Shown: positions 36,988 to 46,570 of the stretch, in pieces
Numbering within the stretch: the first letter of the stretch is position 1
Layout of the letters: each line of letters starts with the position of its first letter
IMG/VR virus record: IMGVR_UViG_3300030100_000755
Coordinates: 1 to 64,000 of that record
Reading direction: 5' to 3' (one strand)
Origin: a virus
Taxonomy: Duplodnaviria > Caudoviricetes
Length of the DNA: 64,000 bases
The notes under the pieces: generated by a model
The model's input: the letters and a program-made list of their open reading frames with translations, nothing else
The model's database searches: none
Told to the model about the DNA's origin: nothing
Position numbers and translations under genes: made by a program

Positions 36988-39900
36988 TTATCTCCTAGTT
37001 GGTTTACGTGTTAATCCGTAGTTATTATTCATTGTTCTATCGGTTCGACCAGCGTTGAACTCCTCTTGCATTACTTCACGAATGAATATACGTAATTCAG
37101 CTTTACCGTTTTCAGCGTAACCTTGTTCAGTACGAGTTGCTTCAATCTGACCATTACCTTCATTGATAACTTGGACACTAATATCACCCCAACTGTTACC
37201 ACCTGATTCATTACGTATTGTTGGTACACGACCTACACTACCACCCATTTTAAGACCAACGGGTAATTTACCTTGGTTAAGCATATCTAGCGTATCAACA
37301 CCTAATAACCTTGTAGCAGCGGCATTAATAACGTATTCACCATCAGACAATCTAGCAGGAATACTATCACTAGTACCTGTACCAGCACCGCTCACGTAAC
37401 CACCTGTGGCAAAAGATTGTGACTTAATAGCCTTTATTTGTGCGCCAACTTGTGCGCCAGCCATTGCACTCAAACCAATCTTACCCCAAAACGGAACACT
37501 AGGGTCTGCCCATACTGAGTTAACTGCCATGGCTTGTTGAATAACCGCTTGACCAATAGCCATAGCCTGATAAGCCTTAGAATTTTCCTTACCCATAGTT
37601 TGCATAACGTTCATAGCTCCACCTAATACATCATTAGCGGCTTGTGCTTGGTTTGCAAACTCCATTTGAAAATTCTGCTGCTTGTATTGATTCTCTAAAT
37701 CAGCAAGGTGGTCTTTATACATTTGACTTTCTTCACCAAATATATCTTTTAGTGTTTGTTTACGTTGTTCAAAATCTTGTCGCAATTGTTCAGTATTGGA
37801 GATAGGCCCAATCTGCGAAGCCTGTTGTCCTTGCATTCTAGCAGCAGCTAATGCCGCTTCTTTCTGCTTATCTAATTCCATCATTGAAGCAACGTATTGG
37901 TCTACCAGCTCCTTCTTTTTTTGAGGATCAGTAATACCACCCAAGGCAGCACCAACATCTTGACTTAACTGAGTACGTTGATTATCAAAGTTCTGGTTTA
38001 TCCCCGCAATATTAGAGCTACTCGCGGTTATATTTTGCATCTGCTGCCTTGCATTAAATAATGACTGTGCCGCTTTCTGTGCATCTGTTGCTGCTGTAAC
38101 TTGGTCTTTGTAAGCCTTAGCTAAATCTTTCTCAAATTGAACTCTATTCTTAATATTAGTAGTAACACCTAATGAATTAGCTAATCGTTGTTTATCGGCA
38201 TCACTAAGTAATTTTAATGAGTTTAATTGCTTATTCATTGCTGTGGTATTTGCTAGAGCGGCTAACTTAGCATCAACTTGTGCTTGTGTACTACTGTTTG
38301 TATATATGGTAGTTTTAGCTTGAGCCTCATTAACAGCGGTAATAGCATCAGCATATAATTTCTGCTGATTCTTTAGGTCAGTAAGACTCTTGTTAGCATC
38401 CTTAATATCTTGCTTATATTTGAACATAGTAGCAAGCATTTTAGTTTGTTCAGCGTCTAACTCGCTAACTGAATCCTTACCTAATTTATGAGCCTCAGCT
38501 AACATGAATGCTTCTTCAGTATTACCCTTAGCTTGTAATTGTAATACAGCGTAATTTTGTTGCAGTTTTTTAAGTGAACTAGATAGAGCCTCATTAGACT
38601 TAGCACTATCACTCATTTTTTCTAATGCTTCATTCAATCTAACCTGAGCCAAATAAGCATTTCTTAAATCTTCTGGTAATTCATCAAATGAATTAACACC
38701 TTTAGATAACGCAAATCGCAATTCATTTGCAGCTTTAGCATTACCCTCTAGTTCATACAGTAATGCTTGATTTTCTTTAATTACTTGCTGTGTACTAGAT
38801 TCAAAAGCCATTGATTTCAATTCTTCTGATGTAGCACCAACAGCCTCTTTAAGAACTTTCATTACATCACTAGCATCTTTAGCTTTATTAGTAAGAGATA
38901 GAATTTTACGAAGGAACTCCTCACCCTCTTTATTCAGATTACCATATTGATCTCTTAGTCCACCTATTGTACTAGTAAAGGTTGTGATACCCTCCGCACT
39001 AGGGTCTTTCTCTAACTCCGAGTAAGCTTCGGCAACCGTCTTACCAAAATCCCTCGCTGGTGCGCCAGCTAAACCAAATTTCTCACCAAACTCTTCAAAT
39101 GCTATACTAGCTTGGTCTACGTTTGATACGATGTTTTTTCTAGCGGATGCAATTCTTTTAACTAGTTTAGCATCTGTGAAATCAGCCAATGCTCCTAGCT
39201 CATCAGATATAGCACCAACAGCTTTCTTAACACCTTTTTCAGCCTCAGTTAAATTGAGTCCAGCTTGCACTCTAGCTAAGTCTATATTTATCTTAGCGAG
39301 ATTCATTATCTCATCAGAAAGTGTGATTAAACTACCATCTGTTTTAATCGAAGATTCACGTAGATTATCTATCGCCTCAGCAAATTCCTCTACCGCATCC
39401 TTACCGTTAAACAATGTAGGTACTAGTGCGCTACCTAACGAGAATGCAATACCAGCAATAGCACCAGCAAGAGGTACACCTAACGCAAAACCTAAGTCAG
39501 CAGATTGTTGAGATAGTGCAATCATAGGATCAACACCACCTTGTACCTGACCAACGAATTGTTGAATCTGAATACCAGCTTGACCAGCACCACGACCAAC
39601 ACCTTTTAATTGACTACGTAAAGCTTGACTTGTGTTTTGAACCGCATTCCTAAACTGATTAATCTTATTAGCAGAATCAACCGTAGCCGCACCATTAGCT
39701 CTTACGGCAATAGTAGCAGTATCATAAGCTGACTTTAACTTTAATTCTTCTTCTCGTTGCGCAGACAAGGTTAGATTCGAGTTTCGTATAACTTGAACAT
39801 ATCTTTGATATTGTCTTTCTAATTCAGCAAGCTTGTTTACCTTAGAAACCTCTTGAGCTTCTGTGGTTTTAGTTACTTTGCTGTATGACGCTAACCCTCT

Positions 39901-40611
39901 ATTTATTTCACTTAATGATGAACTGTAATTAGCGTTAGCTTGTGATACTTTGGTTGTCTTACCAGCGGCACTTTCAATTTCACTAGTGTATTGAGAGAAT
40001 GAAGAATTAAGTTTAGTAATTAATTGTTGTTTTTCTTGTTCACTTAAATTCGACTTATTAATTTTCTGTTCATAATTAGCCAGCTTATCACTTGCTTTTT
40101 GAATAGCAACACTGTTTTTAGATAATACATCAGCACTCTTTTGTGCTTCTTTAGCTATTTGTGATTCAGCAGCAGCTTGAGCTTGCGTTAACTTAGTCTC
40201 AGCTTGTAGTGAGCGATTTACTTTACCAATAGCAGCATCAAGACTAACCTTTGCTGTCTGCAAATCAAGAGCATCACCCTCAGCAGCAACAACAGCACGA
40301 GAATACCTTTCAAATGCTGAACCTACTTGCTCTAATAATTGGTTTTGTTTCTGGCTACCACGAACGTTTAGGTCTATTTTAGCATTATAATCTTGTACGG
40401 TTTTAGCGGCACGATTAATTAGATTAGCATTCCTCTGTACTAATCTACTTTGATCTTGTATTGGTTTATTAGCACTAGCCGCTGCTTTCTCAAATGCCTT
40501 TGTTGCTTGGTCGATAGTCCTCAGCTTCTTATTCAAAGCATTAATTCTATCAATAGCAATTTTAATCGAATCAGTGTTTACTTGAACACTACCCTGAATA
40601 GAAGCTGTCAT
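36988..40611 (-). CDS. Tape measure protein
   Basis: 1207-aa Ala/Gln/Lys-rich helical protein; QFVGQVQGG, FATGGYVSG...DSIPARLSDGEYV. Confidence 0.92.
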   Translation of the reverse strand: MTASIQGSVQVNTDSIKIAIDRINALNKKLRTIDQATKAFEKAAASANKPIQDQSRLVQRNANLINRAAKTVQDYNAKIDLNVRGSQKQNQLLEQVGSAFERYSRAVVAAEGDALDLQTAKVSLDAAIGKVNRSLQAETKLTQAQAAAESQIAKEAQKSADVLSKNSVAIQKASDKLANYEQKINKSNLSEQEKQQLITKLNSSFSQYTSEIESAAGKTTKVSQANANYSSSLSEINRGLASYSKVTKTTEAQEVSKVNKLAELERQYQRYVQVIRNSNLTLSAQREEELKLKSAYDTATIAVRANGAATVDSANKINQFRNAVQNTSQALRSQLKGVGRGAGQAGIQIQQFVGQVQGGVDPMIALSQQSADLGFALGVPLAGAIAGIAFSLGSALVPTLFNGKDAVEEFAEAIDNLRESSIKTDGSLITLSDEIMNLAKINIDLARVQAGLNLTEAEKGVKKAVGAISDELGALADFTDAKLVKRIASARKNIVSNVDQASIAFEEFGEKFGLAGAPARDFGKTVAEAYSELEKDPSAEGITTFTSTIGGLRDQYGNLNKEGEEFLRKILSLTNKAKDASDVMKVLKEAVGATSEELKSMAFESSTQQVIKENQALLYELEGNAKAANELRFALSKGVNSFDELPEDLRNAYLAQVRLNEALEKMSDSAKSNEALSSSLKKLQQNYAVLQLQAKGNTEEAFMLAEAHKLGKDSVSELDAEQTKMLATMFKYKQDIKDANKSLTDLKNQQKLYADAITAVNEAQAKTTIYTNSSTQAQVDAKLAALANTTAMNKQLNSLKLLSDADKQRLANSLGVTTNIKNRVQFEKDLAKAYKDQVTAATDAQKAAQSLFNARQQMQNITASSSNIAGINQNFDNQRTQLSQDVGAALGGITDPQKKKELVDQYVASMMELDKQKEAALAAARMQGQQASQIGPISNTEQLRQDFEQRKQTLKDIFGEESQMYKDHLADLENQYKQQNFQMEFANQAQAANDVLGGAMNVMQTMGKENSKAYQAMAIGQAVIQQAMAVNSVWADPSVPFWGKIGLSAMAGAQVGAQIKAIKSQSFATGGYVSGAGTGTSDSIPARLSDGEYVINAAATRLLGVDTLDMLNQGKLPVGLKMGGSVGRVPTIRNESGGNSWGDISVQVINEGNGQIEATRTEQGYAENGKAELRIFIREVMQEEFNAGRTDRTMNNNYGLTRKPTRR

Positions 40612-40628
40612 CTTATCCTCTCATAGAA

Positions 40629-40660
40629 ATAAAAAAGGGGACTCCTATTAGAAGCCCCCT
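40629..40660 (-). terminator. Intrinsic terminator after tail chaperones
   Basis: GGGGGCTTCT-AAT-AGGAGTCCCC-TTTTTT. Confidence 0.72.
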
Positions 40661-40859
40661 GAACGCTTACCCTTATTCTTATTCTTAGCTTTCTTAGCCT
40701 CCTTCTTAGACTCTTCTGCTTTCAACATTAAATACCCCATCCATAGTGAAAATTCACTTTCTGGCATATCTAATATTTCACCATGTGTCTTGTGAAGGTG
40801 TTCAGCTAATTGTAGTTCGTTATAAGTTTCAGGGTCATCTTTTAATAATTTAGATATTA
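40648..40859 (-). CDS. Tail assembly chaperone T segment (via -1 frameshift; missing from ORF track)
   Basis: -1 frame open for about 70 codons: VISKLLKDDPETYNELQLAEHLHKTHGEILDMPESEFSLWMGYL. Confidence 0.8.
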
Positions 40860-41201
40860 CTTTGGGTCAGTTTCCGCTCCCAACAAGGCCATTAATGCTT
40901 CTGCACAAACCTCATCGAACTCACCACCTGTTTCTAATCCCTCAATAACATCAAAATCTTCATCAGTGAAAACTTTCTCACCAGTTTCAGCAATCTTAGT
41001 AAGTTGAATGGCTGTGTACACCTCTAACAGCGCATTATTAACTTGACCATTCTCAGTGGACTTAGCAATAATTTCACGCTTGTCACGGCGAGTAGGGAAG
41101 CTGAAAAACAACTCCATACCATCTAGGGTGAACTTACGACCACCATTCTTCTTACCAGTTAAAAGTTTATCACGTACAGATTTACGAATGTCTTGGCTCA
41201 T
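40857..41201 (-). CDS. Tail assembly chaperone G
   Basis: Between tail tube and tape measure; slippery site at 3' end. Confidence 0.82.
   Translation of the reverse strand: MSQDIRKSVRDKLLTGKKNGGRKFTLDGMELFFSFPTRRDKREIIAKSTENGQVNNALLEVYTAIQLTKIAETGEKVFTDEDFDVIEGLETGGEFDEVCAEALMALLGAETDPK
40860..40866 (-). promoter_or_regulatory. -1 programmed ribosomal frameshift slippery site C CCA AAG
   Basis: X XXY YYZ heptamer immediately before the chaperone stop codon. Confidence 0.8.
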
Positions 41202-41227
41202 TTAACACTCTCCATTTTAAATATTAA

Positions 41228-42265
41228 TTAAGGCGCTGGATTGATAGTGAAAGCACCAGTACCCTGACCAGATACACTTGCTTCTGCTAATGAATCAACA
41301 GCAGTTGAAATAGAACAATCGGTAATAACAGCCTCACCACTAAATGTTTGACCACTAGTACCTTCTGGTGAATAACGGAAGAATAAGTTAGTTTTATTTT
41401 CCCATGCTTCAATAGTCCAGATTAAACCTTGTGGCGCTTTACTGTTACTACCAAATCTCCATGAGAAAGGTTTGACACCCTCTGGTACAAAAAGACTAAA
41501 GCTTACTGATTCAGTTTCATCGCCCCCCGGTCCACCTGAGTAACCATCACTACCGATGCGGAAGTAACCACGAGCAAGGTTTTCACCGTCACCCTCTACA
41601 TCAAATTCAATGATGAAACGATCACGATTTTGTAGTATCTGTGCAAAGTCAGAACTAGTTTGATAGAAACCCTCAGCGTCCACTGATACATCGCGTAGAG
41701 TTGGTTTATAAAGTTGATAACCACCATTAGCACCAACAGTTTCAAAGCAACCTGTCTCAATAGTCTCAGATGACTGTGTTAGGTCAAAACTGTTAAAGCA
41801 ACCAAATGTGGTGACAGGCATATATTCACCTGATAATGTAACAGCACCACTAACACTGTAACCGTCAACAAACTTAACGCGACCATGTAGGAAATCAATC
41901 TCATCAATATTAGATGCTGCTACAACACCACTACCATCTTCTACGATTAAACCTGCTTCATAATCAAATACAGATTTAGCGCGGTCTGTAATTTCATACC
42001 AATCACCATTAACAGTAGTTGCTTCATTAGTGAATGCTGTTGCTGTACCAGTCTTGCGAATACGTGCATTGTAACCAGCCGTTTCACGGAACATGGCGTT
42101 AGCACTAAATGAATGACTGATAATACCAGTAATACTTGAATTAAAATCAGAACCAAATACAGTTGTATCCAGATCTTCACCCTCTAAGTCAACAGATGCA
42201 TCATTACCCGGCATTACAGCCCATGTGATACCATCTGGTGAGACTTCAAAAGTTTTAGCTGACAT
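41228..42265 (-). CDS. Major tail tube protein
   Basis: Synteny; two tube-like beta segments; DSLAEASVSGQGTG C-terminus. Confidence 0.8.
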   Translation of the reverse strand: MSAKTFEVSPDGITWAVMPGNDASVDLEGEDLDTTVFGSDFNSSITGIISHSFSANAMFRETAGYNARIRKTGTATAFTNEATTVNGDWYEITDRAKSVFDYEAGLIVEDGSGVVAASNIDEIDFLHGRVKFVDGYSVSGAVTLSGEYMPVTTFGCFNSFDLTQSSETIETGCFETVGANGGYQLYKPTLRDVSVDAEGFYQTSSDFAQILQNRDRFIIEFDVEGDGENLARGYFRIGSDGYSGGPGGDETESVSFSLFVPEGVKPFSWRFGSNSKAPQGLIWTIEAWENKTNLFFRYSPEGTSGQTFSGEAVITDCSISTAVDSLAEASVSGQGTGAFTINPAP

Positions 42266-42285
42266 TTAATCTTACTCCTATAATA

Positions 42286-42723
42286 TTAAGAAATTATGTC
42301 TCGATTGCCTTCTTTATTTTGAGCCTCACGCACAAAACTTAATGTAGATGTGTACAGACTAGATTCACTATCTATACTTACAAGATTAGGCATTTGCTGA
42401 CTTGTAAATTGGAAATATGTATAACCATTTAATTCTATGTTATACGCGCCAAGTAACTTGTTATAGACACTCCAAGCGTAATCTCGTGCTTGGGTTATTT
42501 TATCTCGTTTGTAACACACCACTTGCATTACAATCGTTATATCATCGCGTAGGAATCTAGGGTTTGGTGTACCGTTGATCATTCTAACAACAAGGATGTA
42601 ATCAGGGTCATTCTGCAATTCAGACTGCAATGGTATGTTATCCACATACACTCGACCTAATGTGGCATCACCCTCATTGATAAGGTATTGTGCGATTTCT
42701 TGTGATGGGTGTTTATACGCCAT
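42286..42723 (-). CDS. Tail terminator / minor capsid protein
   Basis: Synteny in the neck module. Confidence 0.65.
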   Translation of the reverse strand: MAYKHPSQEIAQYLINEGDATLGRVYVDNIPLQSELQNDPDYILVVRMINGTPNPRFLRDDITIVMQVVCYKRDKITQARDYAWSVYNKLLGAYNIELNGYTYFQFTSQQMPNLVSIDSESSLYTSTLSFVREAQNKEGNRDIIS

Positions 42724-43168
42724 TGAATATACCTTTTAATAATCTAGCTAATTCCGTTTCCCCTGTTTCACGGAAACCGCGTTCTAGGAAGTGAGATGAT
42801 GGTGTGGGTTGATGATCGACTTTATAGCGTATGTTAGTACCCGCGATCTTTTTATTAGGGTAACTACTAGGCCATATACCCTCGTGCATCATCTTAGCGT
42901 AGTTAAAACCATTAACATCAACTAAGCGACCCTCTTTGTCATAACCAGCAATACCAGTTATCTTACCTCGCCGCTTACTCGTTATTACTTCTACGTCTGT
43001 GAAAAAAGAATCTCGTAAATCACCTGAGTCGATAGGAACATAACTTTGTGATACGTCCTCAACTGATTTAAGATATTCCTCTACCGCGTGTATGGTATTC
43101 TCATGTACTTTTTCTAGGCTAGTAGTTAATTGCTTAATGAAATTATTTATATCTGATTCTTTAAACAT
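42713..43168 (-). CDS. HK97 gp10-like neck protein
   Basis: VPIDSGDLRDS, YAKMMHEG, FLERG. Confidence 0.78.
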   Translation of the reverse strand: MFKESDINNFIKQLTTSLEKVHENTIHAVEEYLKSVEDVSQSYVPIDSGDLRDSFFTDVEVITSKRRGKITGIAGYDKEGRLVDVNGFNYAKMMHEGIWPSSYPNKKIAGTNIRYKVDHQPTPSSHFLERGFRETGETELARLLKGIFNGV

Positions 43169-43258
43169 AACCTTCGCCTAATTAAAGTGAGATGATTGCT
43201 GCTCCATTTTGAGCCTGACCTGAAGAGTGAAACAGAACAACAACCCCCTCAACAACTT

Positions 43259-43576
43259 TTAAACAAGCGCTCTGTACTCATATCTTGTACCAGATAGGTT
43301 AGATATAGAACGTTCATTTTTAATCTCATAAGCGTTTGAGGGAGGGTTAATATCAGGAATATCACCCAATACTACATAGTCACCAATCTCAAATACTTTC
43401 TCAGGGAAATAAATAGTTGCTCGACCCATTGATTGCCTACCGTCATTATTAACAATCAACTCCGACCTATCTTCCCACCTAACATTAAATGTACCTACAT
43501 TGTAATAACTAGGTACATTATTAAGGTCTACACCTTCATATCTCCATAGCGTAACCATTTGAGGATGCTTATTCAT
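43259..43576 (-). CDS. Head-closure protein
   Basis: Synteny; GVDLNNVP, RWED pattern. Confidence 0.68.
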   Translation of the reverse strand: MNKHPQMVTLWRYEGVDLNNVPSYYNVGTFNVRWEDRSELIVNNDGRQSMGRATIYFPEKVFEIGDYVVLGDIPDINPPSNAYEIKNERSISNLSGTRYEYRALV

Positions 43577-43577
43577 A

Positions 43578-44093
43578 TCACCCCCTAATTAGTTCTGCTT
43601 GCTTAAATGTATTACCACCATAACCAAGATGCTTTAGTTTACTAGCGATGCGATTGTAAGCAGCAACAAATGGTGTACTACCATCTTGATAACCACCTAA
43701 ATACTCCTCACTAGAATCACCATAGCTTTGTTTAATTAATGTCTTAACGTTCTCTAAATCTTCTACTGAATGATTCTCTAACAAGATAGCAAACTCAGAT
43801 ACAGCCTCAATAATAGCAAGAGGAATACCCTTAACTTCTCGATTCTCACTATCTACGAAAGTCTTACGTGGGAATAATAAACCCTGATCTTTCTTGAGCA
43901 TGTGACTACGCCATTTGAATTGACTATCCATAAATGACGATGCTTTCATTAATAACTTTTCTTTATCAGCGTCATCTAGTAATAACCAATCAGAATAACC
44001 CCAAAACTCAGCAAAAGAATCAGACTGCGAAATAGAGGCATAACTTGTTGCCCCTACTACACCACTACCATCTTCTACTTGAAAGGTATACAT
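43578..44093 (-). CDS. Head-tail adaptor (DnaT_2-like)
   Basis: VEDGSG...TSYAS, QGLLFPR. Confidence 0.75.
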   Translation of the reverse strand: MYTFQVEDGSGVVGATSYASISQSDSFAEFWGYSDWLLLDDADKEKLLMKASSFMDSQFKWRSHMLKKDQGLLFPRKTFVDSENREVKGIPLAIIEAVSEFAILLENHSVEDLENVKTLIKQSYGDSSEEYLGGYQDGSTPFVAAYNRIASKLKHLGYGGNTFKQAELIRG

Positions 44094-44548
44094 TAATCAG
44101 CGTCCTTAATAGAGGCTAAGATTTCTAACGCCCGTTCTTTATTAACTTTTTCATCTGTAAACTTAGATGCTAATGAGCGCAACTTAGGCCATGATAATTC
44201 AGCATAGTCATCTGGAATTGTTACCGTTTCTTCTTGGTCTTCGTCTGAATCTTTTGATTCTTCTTCTTTAGATTCTTTAACCTCTTGTTCCACTTTAGAC
44301 TCAATAGTCTTAGGTGCAGCTTTAACCTCACCACCAAGCTCTGGCTTAAATTCTTTAATCTCTTTATTCTGAATCTTATAAGTGGCACGGATTTCATCAG
44401 AGGTTGTATAGAAATAATCATAACGACCTTCTGGTGATGCATTAACAAAGAATGTAGGATTAGAAAATGTCACACGAAAATCATCGAACTCTTTGCGATG
44501 TTTAATATTAGTTGTGTATGCAATTAGGGTTGGTCTTACGTTACTCAT
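44093..44548 (-). CDS. Capsid-adjacent protein with C-terminal LEM/HeH-like motif
   Basis: PDDYAELSWPKLRSLA. Confidence 0.6.
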   Translation of the reverse strand: MSNVRPTLIAYTTNIKHRKEFDDFRVTFSNPTFFVNASPEGRYDYFYTTSDEIRATYKIQNKEIKEFKPELGGEVKAAPKTIESKVEQEVKESKEEESKDSDEDQEETVTIPDDYAELSWPKLRSLASKFTDEKVNKERALEILASIKDAD

Positions 44549-44624
44549 TATGTATCTCCATTCAGATCAGGATTCAAGGCTCTTATGTAAATAGGGGTTA
44601 CTTAGATAAAAGTCTTGTGATAAT

Positions 44625-44647
44625 AAAAGGAGGGGACAAGCCCCTCT
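44625..44647 (-). terminator. Intrinsic terminator after major capsid gene
   Basis: GAGGGG-CTTGT-CCCCTC-CTTTT. Confidence 0.75.
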
Positions 44648-44667
44648 CAATTATTTATTTGATAGGA

Positions 44668-45702
44668 TTATGCTGATGGTTCGTCATCAACGATAAGCAT
44701 AACACCCGGTCCAGACTTAACTGACTGGTACTTGTAATCCCAGTTAGAAGCAGTAGCCAATTGGCCATCAGTAGGTGATTCAGAACCGACCCAACTAAAG
44801 CCTTTAATAGCTACGCGATATGCACCTTCACCTTGGTAAGTAACCAATAGGTTTTGTTTACCAGTTTTACGCTCAACTTCTAGGTCGAAGTAAGGCTGTT
44901 GTGAAATAACAAGCGCTTGCTCAGTTAGACCAAGAATGCGATGGCGAGTGATTTCTTCACTACCGTCTTGTGCCGCTGATACGTCTTGTGTAAAGGTTAG
45001 CGCAGGGCTATCAGTTACATAAGCTGGTAGACCATAAGTACCGGGATTACCACCGTATACTACTGCACCAGATACCTCACCAAGTTTCTCAGTGATTTGG
45101 TTATCCACTAGTTCAGTGAAAGGTGCAGATGGCATTACCCACATGCGAGTGCGTGAACGCTTATCACCCATAAGACCTAGTACGCGGTTAAGGTTACGTA
45201 GGGTAACAGAAGTACCATTAGCTTTAGGGTTAACAGCATCAGCAGCACCACGAGTATCAAATACCATAGCCGCTTCGTTAGACATAGCAGCAACTAGCGC
45301 ACCAAGACCACCGTTAAGGTATTTCTCAGCAAGTTGTTGACCAGCAGCTTCACCAAGTAGTACAGACATAAGATCTGGTGATTCAGAAATCTTACGGAAA
45401 CCGTCAATAGTGTTAGAGTTAGGACCAACACGATAGTTACACAAAATGTCTTTAACTTGGTCTTGAGTAAGTTTAGTTTCTGGTGCATCTGCTGTTGAAG
45501 TAGTATCACGATCAGATACTAGACCATCAACGTTTTGGAAGAATGCAGACTCAAGAAACTCACCACGAGTGGCTTCTGTAACTACGATGATACCACGAGG
45601 GCCAGCATTAAGAACACTAACTTCTTGTTCCAAAGCTTCTAACATACCAGTTTGGAAACCGTCTTGATAGATTGTAAAATCTGTTTTATTACCGATAGGC
45701 AT
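44668..45702 (-). CDS. Major capsid protein
   Basis: 344 aa after scaffold, strong AAGGAG RBS, followed by terminator, biased high-expression codons. Confidence 0.88.
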   Translation of the reverse strand: MPIGNKTDFTIYQDGFQTGMLEALEQEVSVLNAGPRGIIVVTEATRGEFLESAFFQNVDGLVSDRDTTSTADAPETKLTQDQVKDILCNYRVGPNSNTIDGFRKISESPDLMSVLLGEAAGQQLAEKYLNGGLGALVAAMSNEAAMVFDTRGAADAVNPKANGTSVTLRNLNRVLGLMGDKRSRTRMWVMPSAPFTELVDNQITEKLGEVSGAVVYGGNPGTYGLPAYVTDSPALTFTQDVSAAQDGSEEITRHRILGLTEQALVISQQPYFDLEVERKTGKQNLLVTYQGEGAYRVAIKGFSWVGSESPTDGQLATASNWDYKYQSVKSGPGVMLIVDDEPSA

Positions 45703-45775
45703 TTTAAATCTCTCCTTTAGAGTTTTCTATTTTTTAGAAACCCTCACGGCTTCCACTTCGTTTAATGTAATTATA

Positions 45776-46570
45776 TTAACTAGGTAATGCGTTATACGCA
45801 TCAACACCGTTCTCAGCGATAAACTTATGTTTAGCACTACGATCTTTTTGTAGCTGTGATTTAGTAACGTCAGACTTAGGTTTACGATTACCTTGTTGCC
45901 CTTGCATACCAGCACCACGCTTAACTTCTTGCTCAAATGCGCGACCAAACACTTCGTGGTTTTTAAGCGCCTTAACGTGGTCTTGAATAGTCATGTATTC
46001 ACCACGATCATTAAATTCTGTTTCACCATTCTCATCAACAATCTGTACGTCATAACCACCACGGTCATTCTGAACTAGACGAGAAGATGATGTTACTTTG
46101 TCTAAAAGAAACTCAGGGAAACCCTTTTCAGAACGAATAGCATCACGAGCAGCAGATTCAATTAACGTAGTTTCAAGACGCTTTTGCATCTCAGACTTCT
46201 CAGCTTCATACTGATCAATACGTTGTTGATATTTTTGCTCTAAACTCTTACGTTGCTTATCAAGTTCTTTACGGTCTACGCGAGAATCATCTTGCTCTTG
46301 CTTAGTGTCACCACCTTTATCACGCAACTCAATTAACTGTTCAATTTCATCAGGCTCTAAACCATAACCTTTAAAACGCTCTAGTTCTTCACGGCGTTGT
46401 TTGGCTTCTTGGTTTGCTGATTTAAGTTGCTTCTTGATTTGAGCAAAATCTTTCTTGGGGATTTTAACTACGTCATCCTCAATTTGATCATGTTCTCGTG
46501 TCTCAAGGTTCTCTTGATTTTCTTCTAATGCTTCTTCACGCTCTTCGTGTTGTTTGTCTTGTTCACTCAT
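45776..46570 (-). CDS. Capsid scaffolding protein
   Basis: Highly charged coiled coil between portal and capsid genes. Confidence 0.8.
   Translation of the reverse strand: MSEQDKQHEEREEALEENQENLETREHDQIEDDVVKIPKKDFAQIKKQLKSANQEAKQRREELERFKGYGLEPDEIEQLIELRDKGGDTKQEQDDSRVDRKELDKQRKSLEQKYQQRIDQYEAEKSEMQKRLETTLIESAARDAIRSEKGFPEFLLDKVTSSSRLVQNDRGGYDVQIVDENGETEFNDRGEYMTIQDHVKALKNHEVFGRAFEQEVKRGAGMQGQQGNRKPKSDVTKSQLQKDRSAKHKFIAENGVDAYNALPS

Noticed and set aside
43170-43258. Frameshift extension of the head-closure protein (VVEGVVVLFHSSGQAQNGAAIISL)
   Set aside because: No in-frame slippery heptamer before the stop; too short to support.
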